Made by a program: the position numbers and the translations under genes. From the UHGV virus genome UHGV-0173695: 24,637 bases of DNA; one strand, 5' to 3'. This DNA is from a virus. How positions within the stretch are numbered: position 1 is the first letter of the stretch; every line of letters begins with the position of its first letter. Positions 15,241-23,594 of this stretch are shown here, piece after piece. The notes under the pieces are model-generated. The model did not search any database. It saw only the letters and a list, made by a program, of their open reading frames with translations, and had not been told where the DNA came from.

Positions 15241-17992
15241 CACTGGTCAGGCCACCCCGCAGCAGGTCTGCTTTGCGGCGGGCGCGTTCAGTGGTTTCAC
15301 TGATTCTCTGTGCGTGCTCTGCGTCGCGGATGGCGCGCAGCATGTCAGAAAGCACGGTAACGGGTGTTTTCATGGTGTTCTGGTCTTGCTGAAGTGTGGA
15401 TGCCAGGCGTGCGGCGGCTTCGGGGTCTGATGTCCCCAGCTGTTCCAGATAGCTGGCGACCGGGTTATGGCGGATCTCCGTACTGCTTACGCCGTGGTTA
15501 CGGCTCAGGCGCTGCCAGAGCTGCGTGATCCGGCTGTCCGGTCGGGTATCCGGTTTGCGTACAATTTCAAATCCCTGCGGTGCAATGTTGCTGCCGTCAA
15601 CGTACAGACTGCCGCCCCGTAACAGGTGCTGCATCTGCTGTTCACCGATATGCAGGCCGAGAGATTCAGCAGACTCCCGCCATTCTTTAGCGAGTAGTTC
15701 GTGGTTATCAGGCAAAGGCCGCTGCTGTTTGCGGCTCTGTGTCCAGCTCTGCATTTCATCACGGCTGTTTTTTGCCTGTTTGTCACGAAGCGAACGCATC
15801 AGCGCCCGGCGTTCGTGCCGTTTCAGTGAGCGCATCCATTCGTTCACTTCAACGCCGTCAGGGAGCTGCGGCCACGGTGCTGGCCGTTCTTCCGGCTGTT
15901 CTGTCCCGTTGTTGTCCGTTTCCTGTACACGGGGACAGTTATTGCCACGAGTCCAAGGGGCGGCAGGGCCGCCCTGAAGGTCAAAACCATTTTCGTGGGC
16001 GTTGTCTTCTGGTTCTGGTTTACGTCTTACCAACTTCCAGTTATCCGGATGCGTGCACACACGGGAGGATTCCCCGATGAGTGGTGACCAGATCCCGTAA
16101 ATCTGTACGCTCTGTTCGCCGTAATCGTTCAGCTCATCTGCGAGGTCGTAGGCGGTGCGAATCAGGTAGTCCTTGCGTGGAACAAGCACGCCACCCTGTT
16201 TTTCAATGTAGGTGGCAAAACACCCGGCATCGGCGGCAGCGAGTACCGCATCCATTGCATCATCTTTCAGCCGTTGCGGGCCTTCCGGATTGCGTGCCAT
16301 CTGGCTGGCAAGGCGGCGCAGTTCACGCCACACCTGACGGGAGGGGATGCCAAAGAACTGGAACTGACGGACCCGGTGAAGGCGCGCCCAGCCGATGGCG
16401 CGCTCCACGCTCTCGGCCATTGATTTTCCGGTTTCGTGGTCAACGCGTGGCTTGCCCGTTTTCGGGTCGATGCCATCCACGGCGCGGCTGTCCAGGTTCT
16501 TTCCGATGTAGGTAGCGATGTAGCTGGTTGGTGTGCCTTTTGAGCCGTCGACATACTCCGCCTTAAAACGCGGAGTTATGTCATCGCCCAGCTCGTGGCG
16601 GTCCTCCTGAATGGCAATATCGCAGACGTGGGACACGATGGTTTCAATCTCGTCCGGATGTGCAAAGACCATCATATGCCAGTGCACAGTGCCGTCATGG
16701 TGAGGCTCCACCGTGCGGATGCCATACCAGCGCAGGCCGTCGCGGTTCAGTTTTTTGCGGACCGCCGCAAAAAACGTGTTAACCAGGTAATCGCTGGAGT
16801 CGCGCATGGTGGCCCCGTTCCATTTGGGGTTCGGATGACCGTTCTCCGTTGTTGCGTGGTATTTTGACGGGCAGGTGACGGTCAGAAACACCGCTCTGTC
16901 GCCACGGGCTTCGGCCAGAAGTTCCAGTCCCTTCATGGTGGCCATCATTTCTGCCTTACGGTGAACCGGGTTACTTACTCCCGCGTAATACACCGTCTCG
17001 AGATCAATCGTGAACCCGTCTTCATTTTCCAGCGTGAAACTTTTCAGGAAATCGCGTGTTTTCTCGCGCTGTGCGCGAAACTCGCTTAACGCGTCCTGGC
17101 TCAGATAGGGCGATGTTTTTCTGGAAACCAGACAGGCGGCGCGGAGTTGTTCTTCCCGCCACTCGCAACGTAACAGCCACAGTTTGCGTTTCCACCATTC
17201 CGCACAGGTCAGGCGAAGGATTGCGCCCGGCAGCAGCTCCGTGTCTGGTTCGTTCCTCCGGTCTTTGTCTGTTGTCAGTGCGTCATAATGTGGAGGCATG
17301 GCGTGCAGGTGTAACGCCATGCGGGCCAGCATCTGATACGCCTTCAGCGTTACATCCATGGTCAGCTCGCCATCGGTCGCGCCAAAGCCATCGCAGAGTT
17401 TTTCGAAGGTGCTGCTGAACATCGCCGCCGTCATGGTGGCCAGCGTCTGTATCTGGTGTTTGTTGAGCTGCGGCAGGTAAAGCAAATCGTCCAGGCGTTC
17501 GCGTCCGGCAAGGGAGCGATAACCCGGTGTCAGCCAGCGGTGATCGGTGCGGTCCAGACGTTCGAATATTTTGCGCAGGGTTCCGCGTGCATAGCGTTCC
17601 GCCTGCCAGCTCTTTTTGCCTTTCCGGCGATCGGCTTCCTGTTTTTTGCGCAGGAAGGAGAGGTGGCGAATAAGCGGATCGCGCAGATAGGACGGCAGCA
17701 GGCGCAGCGAGGCCATGGCTTCATCCACTGCGCCGCGTGCCTGTTTTCTGGCGTCTCCTGCCAGTGTGATGGTTTTGTCCTGTTTTTCCTGTGCGTCCAG
17801 GCTTTTATTAATCAGGTTGCCCAGCGGCGTGGCGGAGAACGCCGCATCAGCCATTTCCTTGCGGCGCTCGTTCTCTGCCCGGTAGGCATCCAGCCAGGAG
17901 GAAAGCGCGGATTCAGGAGCGGGGATCCCCGTTCCTTCACGCCCCACTGCGTGGCGCGGTTGTTGCCAGTCCCTGATGTACTCTGCCGTCAT
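15170..17992 (-). CDS. A: Replication initiation protein A (rolling-circle endonuclease), P2 gpA family
   Basis: 940 aa; contains HWHMMVFAH and TSYIATYIGKNLD (HUH-type and catalytic-Tyr motifs of gpA-like initiators). Longer than the roughly 761 aa recalled for P2 gpA. Confidence 0.9.
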   Translation of the reverse strand: MTAEYIRDWQQPRHAVGREGTGIPAPESALSSWLDAYRAENERRKEMADAAFSATPLGNLINKSLDAQEKQDKTITLAGDARKQARGAVDEAMASLRLLPSYLRDPLIRHLSFLRKKQEADRRKGKKSWQAERYARGTLRKIFERLDRTDHRWLTPGYRSLAGRERLDDLLYLPQLNKHQIQTLATMTAAMFSSTFEKLCDGFGATDGELTMDVTLKAYQMLARMALHLHAMPPHYDALTTDKDRRNEPDTELLPGAILRLTCAEWWKRKLWLLRCEWREEQLRAACLVSRKTSPYLSQDALSEFRAQREKTRDFLKSFTLENEDGFTIDLETVYYAGVSNPVHRKAEMMATMKGLELLAEARGDRAVFLTVTCPSKYHATTENGHPNPKWNGATMRDSSDYLVNTFFAAVRKKLNRDGLRWYGIRTVEPHHDGTVHWHMMVFAHPDEIETIVSHVCDIAIQEDRHELGDDITPRFKAEYVDGSKGTPTSYIATYIGKNLDSRAVDGIDPKTGKPRVDHETGKSMAESVERAIGWARLHRVRQFQFFGIPSRQVWRELRRLASQMARNPEGPQRLKDDAMDAVLAAADAGCFATYIEKQGGVLVPRKDYLIRTAYDLADELNDYGEQSVQIYGIWSPLIGESSRVCTHPDNWKLVRRKPEPEDNAHENGFDLQGGPAAPWTRGNNCPRVQETDNNGTEQPEERPAPWPQLPDGVEVNEWMRSLKRHERRALMRSLRDKQAKNSRDEMQSWTQSRKQQRPLPDNHELLAKEWRESAESLGLHIGEQQMQHLLRGGSLYVDGSNIAPQGFEIVRKPDTRPDSRITQLWQRLSRNHGVSSTEIRHNPVASYLEQLGTSDPEAAARLASTLQQDQNTMKTPVTVLSDMLRAIRDAEHAQRISETTERARRKADLLRGGLTSGNKKQTETGFTNPVNEQKTRRDI

Positions 17993-17998
17993 AGTGAT

Positions 17999-18598
17999 TT
18001 ACTTCGTCATGCCATTCAGGGTGTCGCGGCAGACGGTAGCCAGCCGCTGAATTTCCAGCACGGTGTCTTCTGTGTCGGCATAGTGATGTGTGATGCGGAT
18101 GCTGTCGGCAATCACATCGACGATCGCAGAGGATGGGCGCTGGTAAATGCCAATAACGGACGGGGTGCCACCTTCAATACGGTAAAGCCTGTAATTTCCC
18201 TCGTGGCTGTCAATCATGTAACGACCATCAATAACAATCTTTCCGTCAGCGAGCTGCGGTACAGGCAGGGATTTCAGGTACATGTCATAACGTTCACGCA
18301 CGCGAACGGCAAGATCACGCTCTGTGTTGAGCAGGTATTCAAGAAAGTCGTTGGCGAGAATCATGCTGCGTTTCTCCTGGTCACAGGTGTGTGACGTGTT
18401 CATGTTGTTGTGAGTGGATGAGTTGTCCGCATTCCGGAGTAACGTGGTATCCATCCAGAACAGGGCGACATAGCCCAGTTCTTTAAGCTCTTTGCGGGCG
18501 GCGTGTTGTGACACAGCGGTAACAGCGATAAAGCATTCTCCTGCCTGTAAGTTGTCGCGATGCAATCCGCTGAAGATATAGATGTTTTTATGTGTCAT
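17999..18598 (-). CDS. Hypothetical early protein, 199 aa
   Basis: Internal start MTHKNIYIFSG with GGAG Shine-Dalgarno upstream; ends 7 bp before the A start. Confidence 0.5.
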   Translation of the reverse strand: MTHKNIYIFSGLHRDNLQAGECFIAVTAVSQHAARKELKELGYVALFWMDTTLLRNADNSSTHNNMNTSHTCDQEKRSMILANDFLEYLLNTERDLAVRVRERYDMYLKSLPVPQLADGKIVIDGRYMIDSHEGNYRLYRIEGGTPSVIGIYQRPSSAIVDVIADSIRITHHYADTEDTVLEIQRLATVCRDTLNGMTK

Positions 18599-18669
18599 GG
18601 TCTTATCTCCGTGACAGGGATGTGCGAAGGCCTCCCGCCGCAAGGTGCAGGAAAGGCCCGGAACAGGAA

Positions 18670-18900
18670 TTAACGGAGTTTGTTTTGCTGCTGGATGAGC
18701 TGCTGAAGCTCGTACAAATCATCCGCCAGATAGCTAAAAACAGAGGCGGAATAAGTGTTTGATAGCGCATGACTGCGCTCATGCAGCATATTGATGTGCA
18801 TGATTTGCGCGACGCGTGATGCGCGGAAAAGTCTGCGGTTGATTTCAGTCTGGATGTGACGACGCTCCGCGATAGCGCGGTGCTGTTTGCGGTTTGCCAT
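18670..18900 (-). CDS. Hypothetical early protein, 76 aa, basic
   Basis: Complete ORF; no Cys, so not an Ogr-type zinc finger; follows a 320-bp non-coding region. Confidence 0.45.
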   Translation of the reverse strand: MANRKQHRAIAERRHIQTEINRRLFRASRVAQIMHINMLHERSHALSNTYSASVFSYLADDLYELQQLIQQQNKLR

Positions 18901-19079
18901 GGTGTGGCCTCTGTAGTTGCAAGTTTTGAAAACTCACCATCCAGAGGTGGAAAACTCGGGGTGGTGAGACGTACAGGGTTTCCACAACCGGCAACTACAG
19001 AACCCGGCCCGACCGAAGTCGGCCCCGTACGCCCCACCATAATTCGTGTGCGAAAAAGACGTGGCGATACAGTACACAC

Positions 19080-19100
19080 AAAAAAACCGCTGGCGCGGTT
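19080..19100 (-). terminator. Weak terminator-like hairpin on the minus strand (AACCGC-gcca-GCGGTT followed by a T-run)
   Basis: Plus strand AAAAAAACCGCTGGCGCGGTT; short stem, so low confidence. Confidence 0.3.
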
Positions 19101-19220
19101 GTGCGCTGTAGTTGTCAGCGGGGTGGAAATCCCGGCACCCGTTTTATGAGATGCAGCGGAAATGTAACCTGACTGATTGCGGCATGGCAAGCAGTTTTTT
19201 TGTGTGTGCATGATGATTAC

Positions 19221-19781
19221 TCAGTTTGGTAATAGCTCGTACAGCACGGCGTCGGCGGCGGTGCGGCGACCGTAAAGAAAACGTGCTGTGCGAGTGGTGA
19301 CTTTTATTTGCAGTGTGTGATTAATGTGTTTTGCTATCATGGCGAACGTCATGTGCTGCTCATCATGTAGTTCAGTCACCAGTTCCACCAGGTGATCGCT
19401 GTATCTGGTCAGGTGGTGGAGTCCTCCGCATTTTCGCAGGCTGTAACCACGTTTTTTCAGGTGCACTTGTACGGTGCGAATGGTGCATCCCACCTCGGCG
19501 GCCAGTTCCCGTGCCGTTCTGGTGCGGCGGTTTTCGATGAGAAAGGCGATCTCCTTTGCACTCAGAGTCTTTTTCTTGCGGCCAATCAATCCACGATCAC
19601 GTAAAAAACTTAGTCGGTGCATAACTGCGTCATGGGTTCGTTGAATTTGTTCGGTTATCTGGCGTGTGTTGCACTCCTGATAAAGCGAGATAAGCATTTC
19701 ATCTTCCTGTTGTGTCCATGGCTTTACATGTGCCGGAGCCACGCCAGGTGTACCCATTGGTTTGAGTTTGAAGTTGTGCAT
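19221..19781 (-). CDS. Putative DNA-binding protein with three tandem helix-turn-helix-like repeats
   Basis: 186 aa with three repeats of about 45 aa (WTQQEDEMLISLYQ...HRLSFLRDRGLIG; SAKEIAFLIENRRTRTARELAAEVGCTIRTVQVHLKKRG; a third repeat), resembling GcrA/Myb-like HTH units; family assignment is tentative. Confidence 0.55.
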   Translation of the reverse strand: MHNFKLKPMGTPGVAPAHVKPWTQQEDEMLISLYQECNTRQITEQIQRTHDAVMHRLSFLRDRGLIGRKKKTLSAKEIAFLIENRRTRTARELAAEVGCTIRTVQVHLKKRGYSLRKCGGLHHLTRYSDHLVELVTELHDEQHMTFAMIAKHINHTLQIKVTTRTARFLYGRRTAADAVLYELLPN

Positions 19782-19966
19782 ATTTCTTACCCCGTTAGTG
19801 GTGGTGCTTTACACGACGTATAAACCGCGGTGGTGGCACCACACTTCAAACATTCGTTTCACAATTTCGCGGCAGTAGTAGCCATTGGTATCTCTTGTCA
19901 GGTCGTAGCGGTTGCCGTAACGCTGATGCATCCATCGTTCAAAGGCTTTGTGCATGCTCTGGTCCC

Positions 19967-20266
19967 TTACTGGTTAAGGAAAAAATCAAAAACCTTGTCG
20001 ATGCGTTGCAGTAGCTCTCGTTGCATTGCTTCCGGCGTTTCTGGTTCACCAGGCGAACCCAGTGGTGCGCAGAAATCAGCGATTTCATGATGGAGCGCCA
20101 GGCGAATGGCTGGAGACATGGTTCTGGCGTGCTCCAGCTCATCCAGCAGTGCCAGCACGGCAGACGGCGAGAGCATTGCGCGAAACGCCAGTAATTTTTG
20201 ATGCGTTGCCATTCGTTGCAGGTCAATCGCCAGTTCGCGTAATTCCTGATGGTTGATGGCGCTCAT
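19967..20266 (-). CDS. Hypothetical early protein, 99 aa
   Basis: Complete ORF whose start overlaps the stop of the upstream gene. Confidence 0.45.
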   Translation of the reverse strand: MSAINHQELRELAIDLQRMATHQKLLAFRAMLSPSAVLALLDELEHARTMSPAIRLALHHEIADFCAPLGSPGEPETPEAMQRELLQRIDKVFDFFLNQ

Positions 20267-20508
20267 GCTCTGGCTTCCTTCAGTAGCTGGTTAAACATGT
20301 TGGTAAGTGGATTGCCGCACCCGAACGGCATCGGGTTTATCTGGTAAGAAAAGCGACCGCCTGTTCTGCGCTCTTTTCTTATGACTGAACCGCTGCGCCA
20401 GAGTCGGCGTAACTCCGCATTAATGGCTGTGGTTGGGGTATTCAGTGCTGCGGCGATTTCTCCACCGCTACACCCCGGATTGGCGGCGATGTAGTCCAGA
20501 ATGGTCAT
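20263..20508 (-). CDS. Putative winged-helix DNA-binding protein, 81 aa
   Basis: N-terminus MTILDYIAANPGCSGGEIAAALNTPTTAINAELRRLWRSGSV resembles a winged-HTH fold; overlaps neighbours at both ends. Confidence 0.5.
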   Translation of the reverse strand: MTILDYIAANPGCSGGEIAAALNTPTTAINAELRRLWRSGSVIRKERRTGGRFSYQINPMPFGCGNPLTNMFNQLLKEARA

Positions 20509-20708
20509 CTGCGTGACTCCTGTACCTGTCTGATAAGATTCACCTGCACCACGTTGGTGGCGCAGAAGTAAGTGTCGTCAGTGAGATAAATGTGATGCGC
20601 GTCAGGTTGCGAACGGTGACGGTCGAGCGTTTTAATCAGCCGTTCGTCAACTTCGTATTCACGTCCTCTGGAAGTGAAACGAACGACGGTAAATCGCTTA
20701 ATTGCCAT
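20505..20708 (-). CDS. Hypothetical early protein, 67 aa
   Basis: AAGGAGG Shine-Dalgarno 4-5 nt upstream of the ATG. Confidence 0.5.
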   Translation of the reverse strand: MAIKRFTVVRFTSRGREYEVDERLIKTLDRHRSQPDAHHIYLTDDTYFCATNVVQVNLIRQVQESRR

Positions 20709-20794
20709 TGCGCCTCCTTGGCGTGTGCGAATACCTCCGCGAATGCGGATTGTTTTTACATTTTCTTATCTAACCTGTGGTTTTATTTGCTCTG

Positions 20795-20908
20795 TTATTC
20801 GCCAGTGAAAAAGCGTTCAATCTTTTTTACTGAATGAATAATTCGCATAATCCCAATGGCGCAGGCCACCGAAATAATCAGAACAAGCCATGAGATAAAT
20901 ATACTCAT
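20795..20908 (-). CDS. Candidate small membrane peptide, 37 aa (MSIFISWLVLIISVACAIGIMRIIHSVKKIERFFTGE)
   Basis: ORF below the track size cutoff, found by hand translation; ATG overlaps the stop of the upstream 81-aa gene (ATGA); one predicted TM helix then a basic tail. Confidence 0.3.
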   Translation of the reverse strand: MSIFISWLVLIISVACAIGIMRIIHSVKKIERFFTGE

Positions 20909-21150
20909 GCAATATTCCCCAGCTTATACGGTTCAATATGTTCCCCGCATTCTGCGGCACAGATCAGCTCGGAAAGTTCGTTAAGTGCATCCAGATCATC
21001 AGCGTAAAAAGCCACGTCATACAGACTCCGGATTGCCCTGGTCAATGAGTCACGGGCTGCACGTTCAGCATGAGCGCCTGATGCACTTAAGCGAAAATAA
21101 AATCGTTCAAGTGCTTTGTTAATGAGAGTTTTATATTCTTTGCCCATCAC
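20905..21150 (-). CDS. Hypothetical early protein, 81 aa
   Basis: Complete ORF in the early operon orientation. Confidence 0.45.
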   Translation of the reverse strand: MMGKEYKTLINKALERFYFRLSASGAHAERAARDSLTRAIRSLYDVAFYADDLDALNELSELICAAECGEHIEPYKLGNIA

Positions 21151-21158
21151 AACGCCCT

Positions 21159-21437
21159 TTAATCTGCTTTCTTAATTTCAGCTTCTGAATCCATACAAAT
21201 AATTTCGATATAGGGTTCATCGCTATTAGCCTGGCGCGCTTTTTCAGCTTCGTTAATGGCTTCGCGAACGGTCTGGTACGGAAGCTCCACGATCAGTTGT
21301 GCGTTGTTCGCATAAACGTGAGTAACTGCTTTTTTTTCTGCCTGGGCTACAGCATCAATAGCTGATGCACGTAATAACAGTTCACCGCGAAAATCAATAA
21401 AACGGATAAATACACCTTGTGCATGCTCTTTGGTCAT
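21159..21437 (-). CDS. Hypothetical early protein, 92 aa
   Basis: Internal start MTKEHAQG at 21437, just after the upstream stop; the track ORF start at 21497 would overlap the upstream gene by 50 nt. Confidence 0.45.
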   Translation of the reverse strand: MTKEHAQGVFIRFIDFRGELLLRASAIDAVAQAEKKAVTHVYANNAQLIVELPYQTVREAINEAEKARQANSDEPYIEIICMDSEAEIKKAD

Positions 21438-21447
21438 AAAGCACCTG

Positions 21448-21798
21448 TTATAAATCAGCCTGTTTAATAAAACTTTGCCCGCGAAGCAGACGATCAACCG
21501 TGCGAAGTGCTTCGTATAATGTGAAATCCTGCCCGAATTGATTGTCGCCGCAGCTCAATGCAAAAATGCGGTTTCCGGTAAACGGATTGCGTGGGCATTT
21601 GTGGACCACGATTCCAGCTTTCTCAATCAGCCAGGCATGCTCGCCGATTTGTTTTACTGGGTAGCCATCCGGCGTTGCGTGTGTTTCGCTCAGGCTGTAG
21701 CGAGAGTTGCTACGTGATGCACTGGTAGCGAAACGGTTAGCATGGCGTTCCGCACCGTTGCGGAAGCGCTGCTGTGAAGAATTGCGCTGTAGTTTCAT
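21448..21798 (-). CDS. Hypothetical early protein, 116 aa
   Basis: Complete ORF with a single possible ATG start. Confidence 0.45.
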   Translation of the reverse strand: MKLQRNSSQQRFRNGAERHANRFATSASRSNSRYSLSETHATPDGYPVKQIGEHAWLIEKAGIVVHKCPRNPFTGNRIFALSCGDNQFGQDFTLYEALRTVDRLLRGQSFIKQADL

Positions 21799-21933
21799 AT
21801 TAAAACTCTGTACCTTCGGTAAGGTGTACTCGTGTCACCTTGTATTGATTTGTGGTATTTTTTGTGTGTCTAGGACTTGGACTGGCCGGTTCAGGTCCTG
21901 GCTTATGTTTAATTAAATTGTTTAGAGGTTTTC

Positions 21934-22125
21934 ATGTCAGAAGATAAAAAAGTTGTTAATTTGTTGAGTGACCTTAGTGCTGCTCTGGATAACATTAACC
22001 CTCCTAGGGTAAAAACGACGGGTGATAAAGACGCATTAAACGCAGAGATTCATATATTACTGGCGTTAGTAACTGACAAAATTCAGCGTAAATACCCACC
22101 TGTCACACAACTGGTTGATTTTTAA
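21934..22125 (+). CDS. Hypothetical small protein, 63 aa, in an AT-rich island, opposite in orientation to the early operon
   Basis: AGAGG Shine-Dalgarno 5 nt upstream of the ATG; convergent with the 140-aa minus-strand ORF; a GC-rich hairpin lies between the two stops. Confidence 0.35.
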   Translation: MSEDKKVVNLLSDLSAALDNINPPRVKTTGDKDALNAEIHILLALVTDKIQRKYPPVTQLVDF

Positions 22126-22131
22126 TTTGAT

Positions 22132-22554
22132 TTATGCCGGGCTGCTCCCGGCATCTTCTAGCTGCCATAATGTCTCGTCACCTGATAGAGCAAAACGAAA
22201 TGAGTGAAGTATATCCTCCCGAGAGAAGCTCACGGCTACAGCTGCGGGAAAGTCAAATATAATCCCACCTTCATTTTTAAAACGATTACGCAATTGATAG
22301 GCTATCGGTTTGATTTGCGCAGGAAGAGTATCTACATCTCTTCCATTGACAACAGAATCTTTGTTTTCCAGTACTGATTTAGCGATTAGATATAGATGCC
22401 AGTAACTGGTTACAATTGTTACTCCTGTGATGTGTCGTAAATTAATTGCAATTCGTCCGTTATTATGTTTTTCCGCAAGGTATTTCAGGTTATCAATTAA
22501 TGCTTGGTCATTTTTTGAAATAGTTATTGTGAAATCTGACGTGTTTGTTTTCAT
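22132..22554 (-). CDS. Hypothetical protein, 140 aa, AT-rich; possible moron downstream of cox
   Basis: Internal start MKTNTSDF at 22554, 4 bp after the cox-like stop. The track ORF 22132..22797 has a low-complexity N-terminal extension overlapping the cox-like frame. The sequence is visibly AT-rich compared with the flanking phage genes. Confidence 0.5.
   Translation of the reverse strand: MKTNTSDFTITISKNDQALIDNLKYLAEKHNNGRIAINLRHITGVTIVTSYWHLYLIAKSVLENKDSVVNGRDVDTLPAQIKPIAYQLRNRFKNEGGIIFDFPAAVAVSFSREDILHSFRFALSGDETLWQLEDAGSSPA
22136..22152. terminator. GC hairpin GCCGGG-ctgct-CCCGGC between convergent ORFs (possible bidirectional terminator)
   Basis: Perfect 6-bp inverted repeat 11 bp after the plus-strand ORF stop, overlapping the last codons of the minus-strand ORF. 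Confidence 0.4.
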
Positions 22555-22558
22555 ACGA

Positions 22559-23080
22559 TTAGTTGCCTCTGTTGTTTCTGAGTTGGTCCAGTTTTGAGCT
22601 TCTGCCTGTATAAACTCGCTTACCGTTAATGGTCTGGCAGTCTTCTTTATTAGCTGGAGAGAACTTCCTTTTCTGGCGGTCATACGTCCAGTAACTTTTC
22701 CAGTTGTGCCATTCTGGGGGCTCGTGCTCTGGTAGCTCATCAGCCAACTTGTCCCACTCTTTGGCGTTAAACCACCATACTCCGTCTGAGTTTTCATCTT
22801 CCGGGTTTGTGCGCGTCTTGTGTCCCGGCATTTGACCGCGATGAATGGCTACGCGCAGTGCAGATTTTGTTAGCCCAATATATGCCGCGCCTTTTTCCAG
22901 AGAGCAAAGCCCGGCGATCGGACCATCCAGCCGTAAAGTCGCTCCTTTTTTGTAGGAACGCTTTTTCTTGTTTTCTTCGTGTTCGTCGTCGTTGGCGGCA
23001 TCAATGGATCCGCTGAGTGCGTCACTTTCCTGAAGTGGTTGGTGGTCAGATAACTCTTTATCGGCAATGAAGTCCCGCAT
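22559..23080 (-). CDS. cox: Cox/Apl-like excisionase-type DNA-binding regulator, extended form (173 aa)
   Basis: First gene of the early operon, divergent from C. Central region AYIGLTKSALRVAIHRGQMPGHK...GVWWFNAKEW parallels the P2 Cox pattern (HTH then an aromatic-rich segment) as I recall it. Has an acidic N-terminal extension and a Trp-rich C-terminal extension absent from the 91-aa P2 Cox. Confidence 0.6.
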   Translation of the reverse strand: MRDFIADKELSDHQPLQESDALSGSIDAANDDEHEENKKKRSYKKGATLRLDGPIAGLCSLEKGAAYIGLTKSALRVAIHRGQMPGHKTRTNPEDENSDGVWWFNAKEWDKLADELPEHEPPEWHNWKSYWTYDRQKRKFSPANKEDCQTINGKRVYTGRSSKLDQLRNNRGN

Positions 23081-23183
23081 TTGTTATCCTCTTGCGTTGG
23101 TGCGCTTGTTGCGCCTTGTGATGGTTTGTTTTGGTTTGTTTTCTTCACCCTGTGGTGAAGAGTAAAAAGAGGATACTCATCGT
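23081..23183. promoter_or_regulatory. Immunity switch region with divergent promoters (Pe leftward, Pc rightward) and operator-like repeats
   Basis: Tandem direct repeat GGTTTGTTTT x2 (23123-23142) followed by inverted repeat TTCACC-ctgt-GGTGAA (23144-23159), between divergent cox and C. P2 C repressor is known to bind direct repeats flanking the early promoter. Confidence 0.5.
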
Positions 23184-23525
23184 ATGGTGAACATGTCAAG
23201 AGATTACGCCAAAAAACTAAAGGCGATCAGAAATGCGGAAAAACTTACACAATCTCAGTTTTCGCAAGTAACGGGGGTTTCTGTAGGGACTATAGGAAAT
23301 TATGAGTCTGGATATAAACCTGCGCGCATTGAGGTTGTAGAAAAAGTAATCCAAGTCGAGCGATTCGAAAAATACACTATGTGGATACTTCACGACAAAA
23401 CATTTCCCGCTGCCGGGCAGGTTGCTCCGGCTCTCTCTCTTGATGGCTCTATTCAGTCGGAGGGCGATCAGGTTTCAATCGGTATTACCCAAAAATCACC
23501 CCGATCAGGCCGCAATGTTGGCTGA
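23184..23525 (+). CDS. C: Immunity repressor, P2 C-type
   Basis: 113 aa; KLKAIRNAEKLTQSQFSQVTGVSVGTIGNYESG...FEKYTMWIL...GQVAPAL parallels P2 C as I recall it. Start could be 23184 or the in-frame ATG at 23193. Confidence 0.85.
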   Translation: MVNMSRDYAKKLKAIRNAEKLTQSQFSQVTGVSVGTIGNYESGYKPARIEVVEKVIQVERFEKYTMWILHDKTFPAAGQVAPALSLDGSIQSEGDQVSIGITQKSPRSGRNVG

Positions 23526-23594
23526 CTCTACACATTGAGCGAATTACATATCGCAAGGAGTGTTTAGTTAATTTATCCGTTAGAGGGGCTAATC

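Noticed and set aside
16081-18394. Plus-strand ORFs (16081..16515, 17456..18394 and others) antisense to replication gene A and the upstream early gene
   Set aside because: The minus-strand frame carries the gpA catalytic motifs; the antisense ORFs are Arg/Cys/Pro-rich artefacts.
22132-22797. Full-length 221-aa ORF starting at 22797
   Set aside because: Its N-terminal 81 residues are Ser/Thr-rich low complexity and overlap the 3' half of the cox-like gene in another frame; the internal ATG at 22554 directly after the cox-like stop is the more plausible start.
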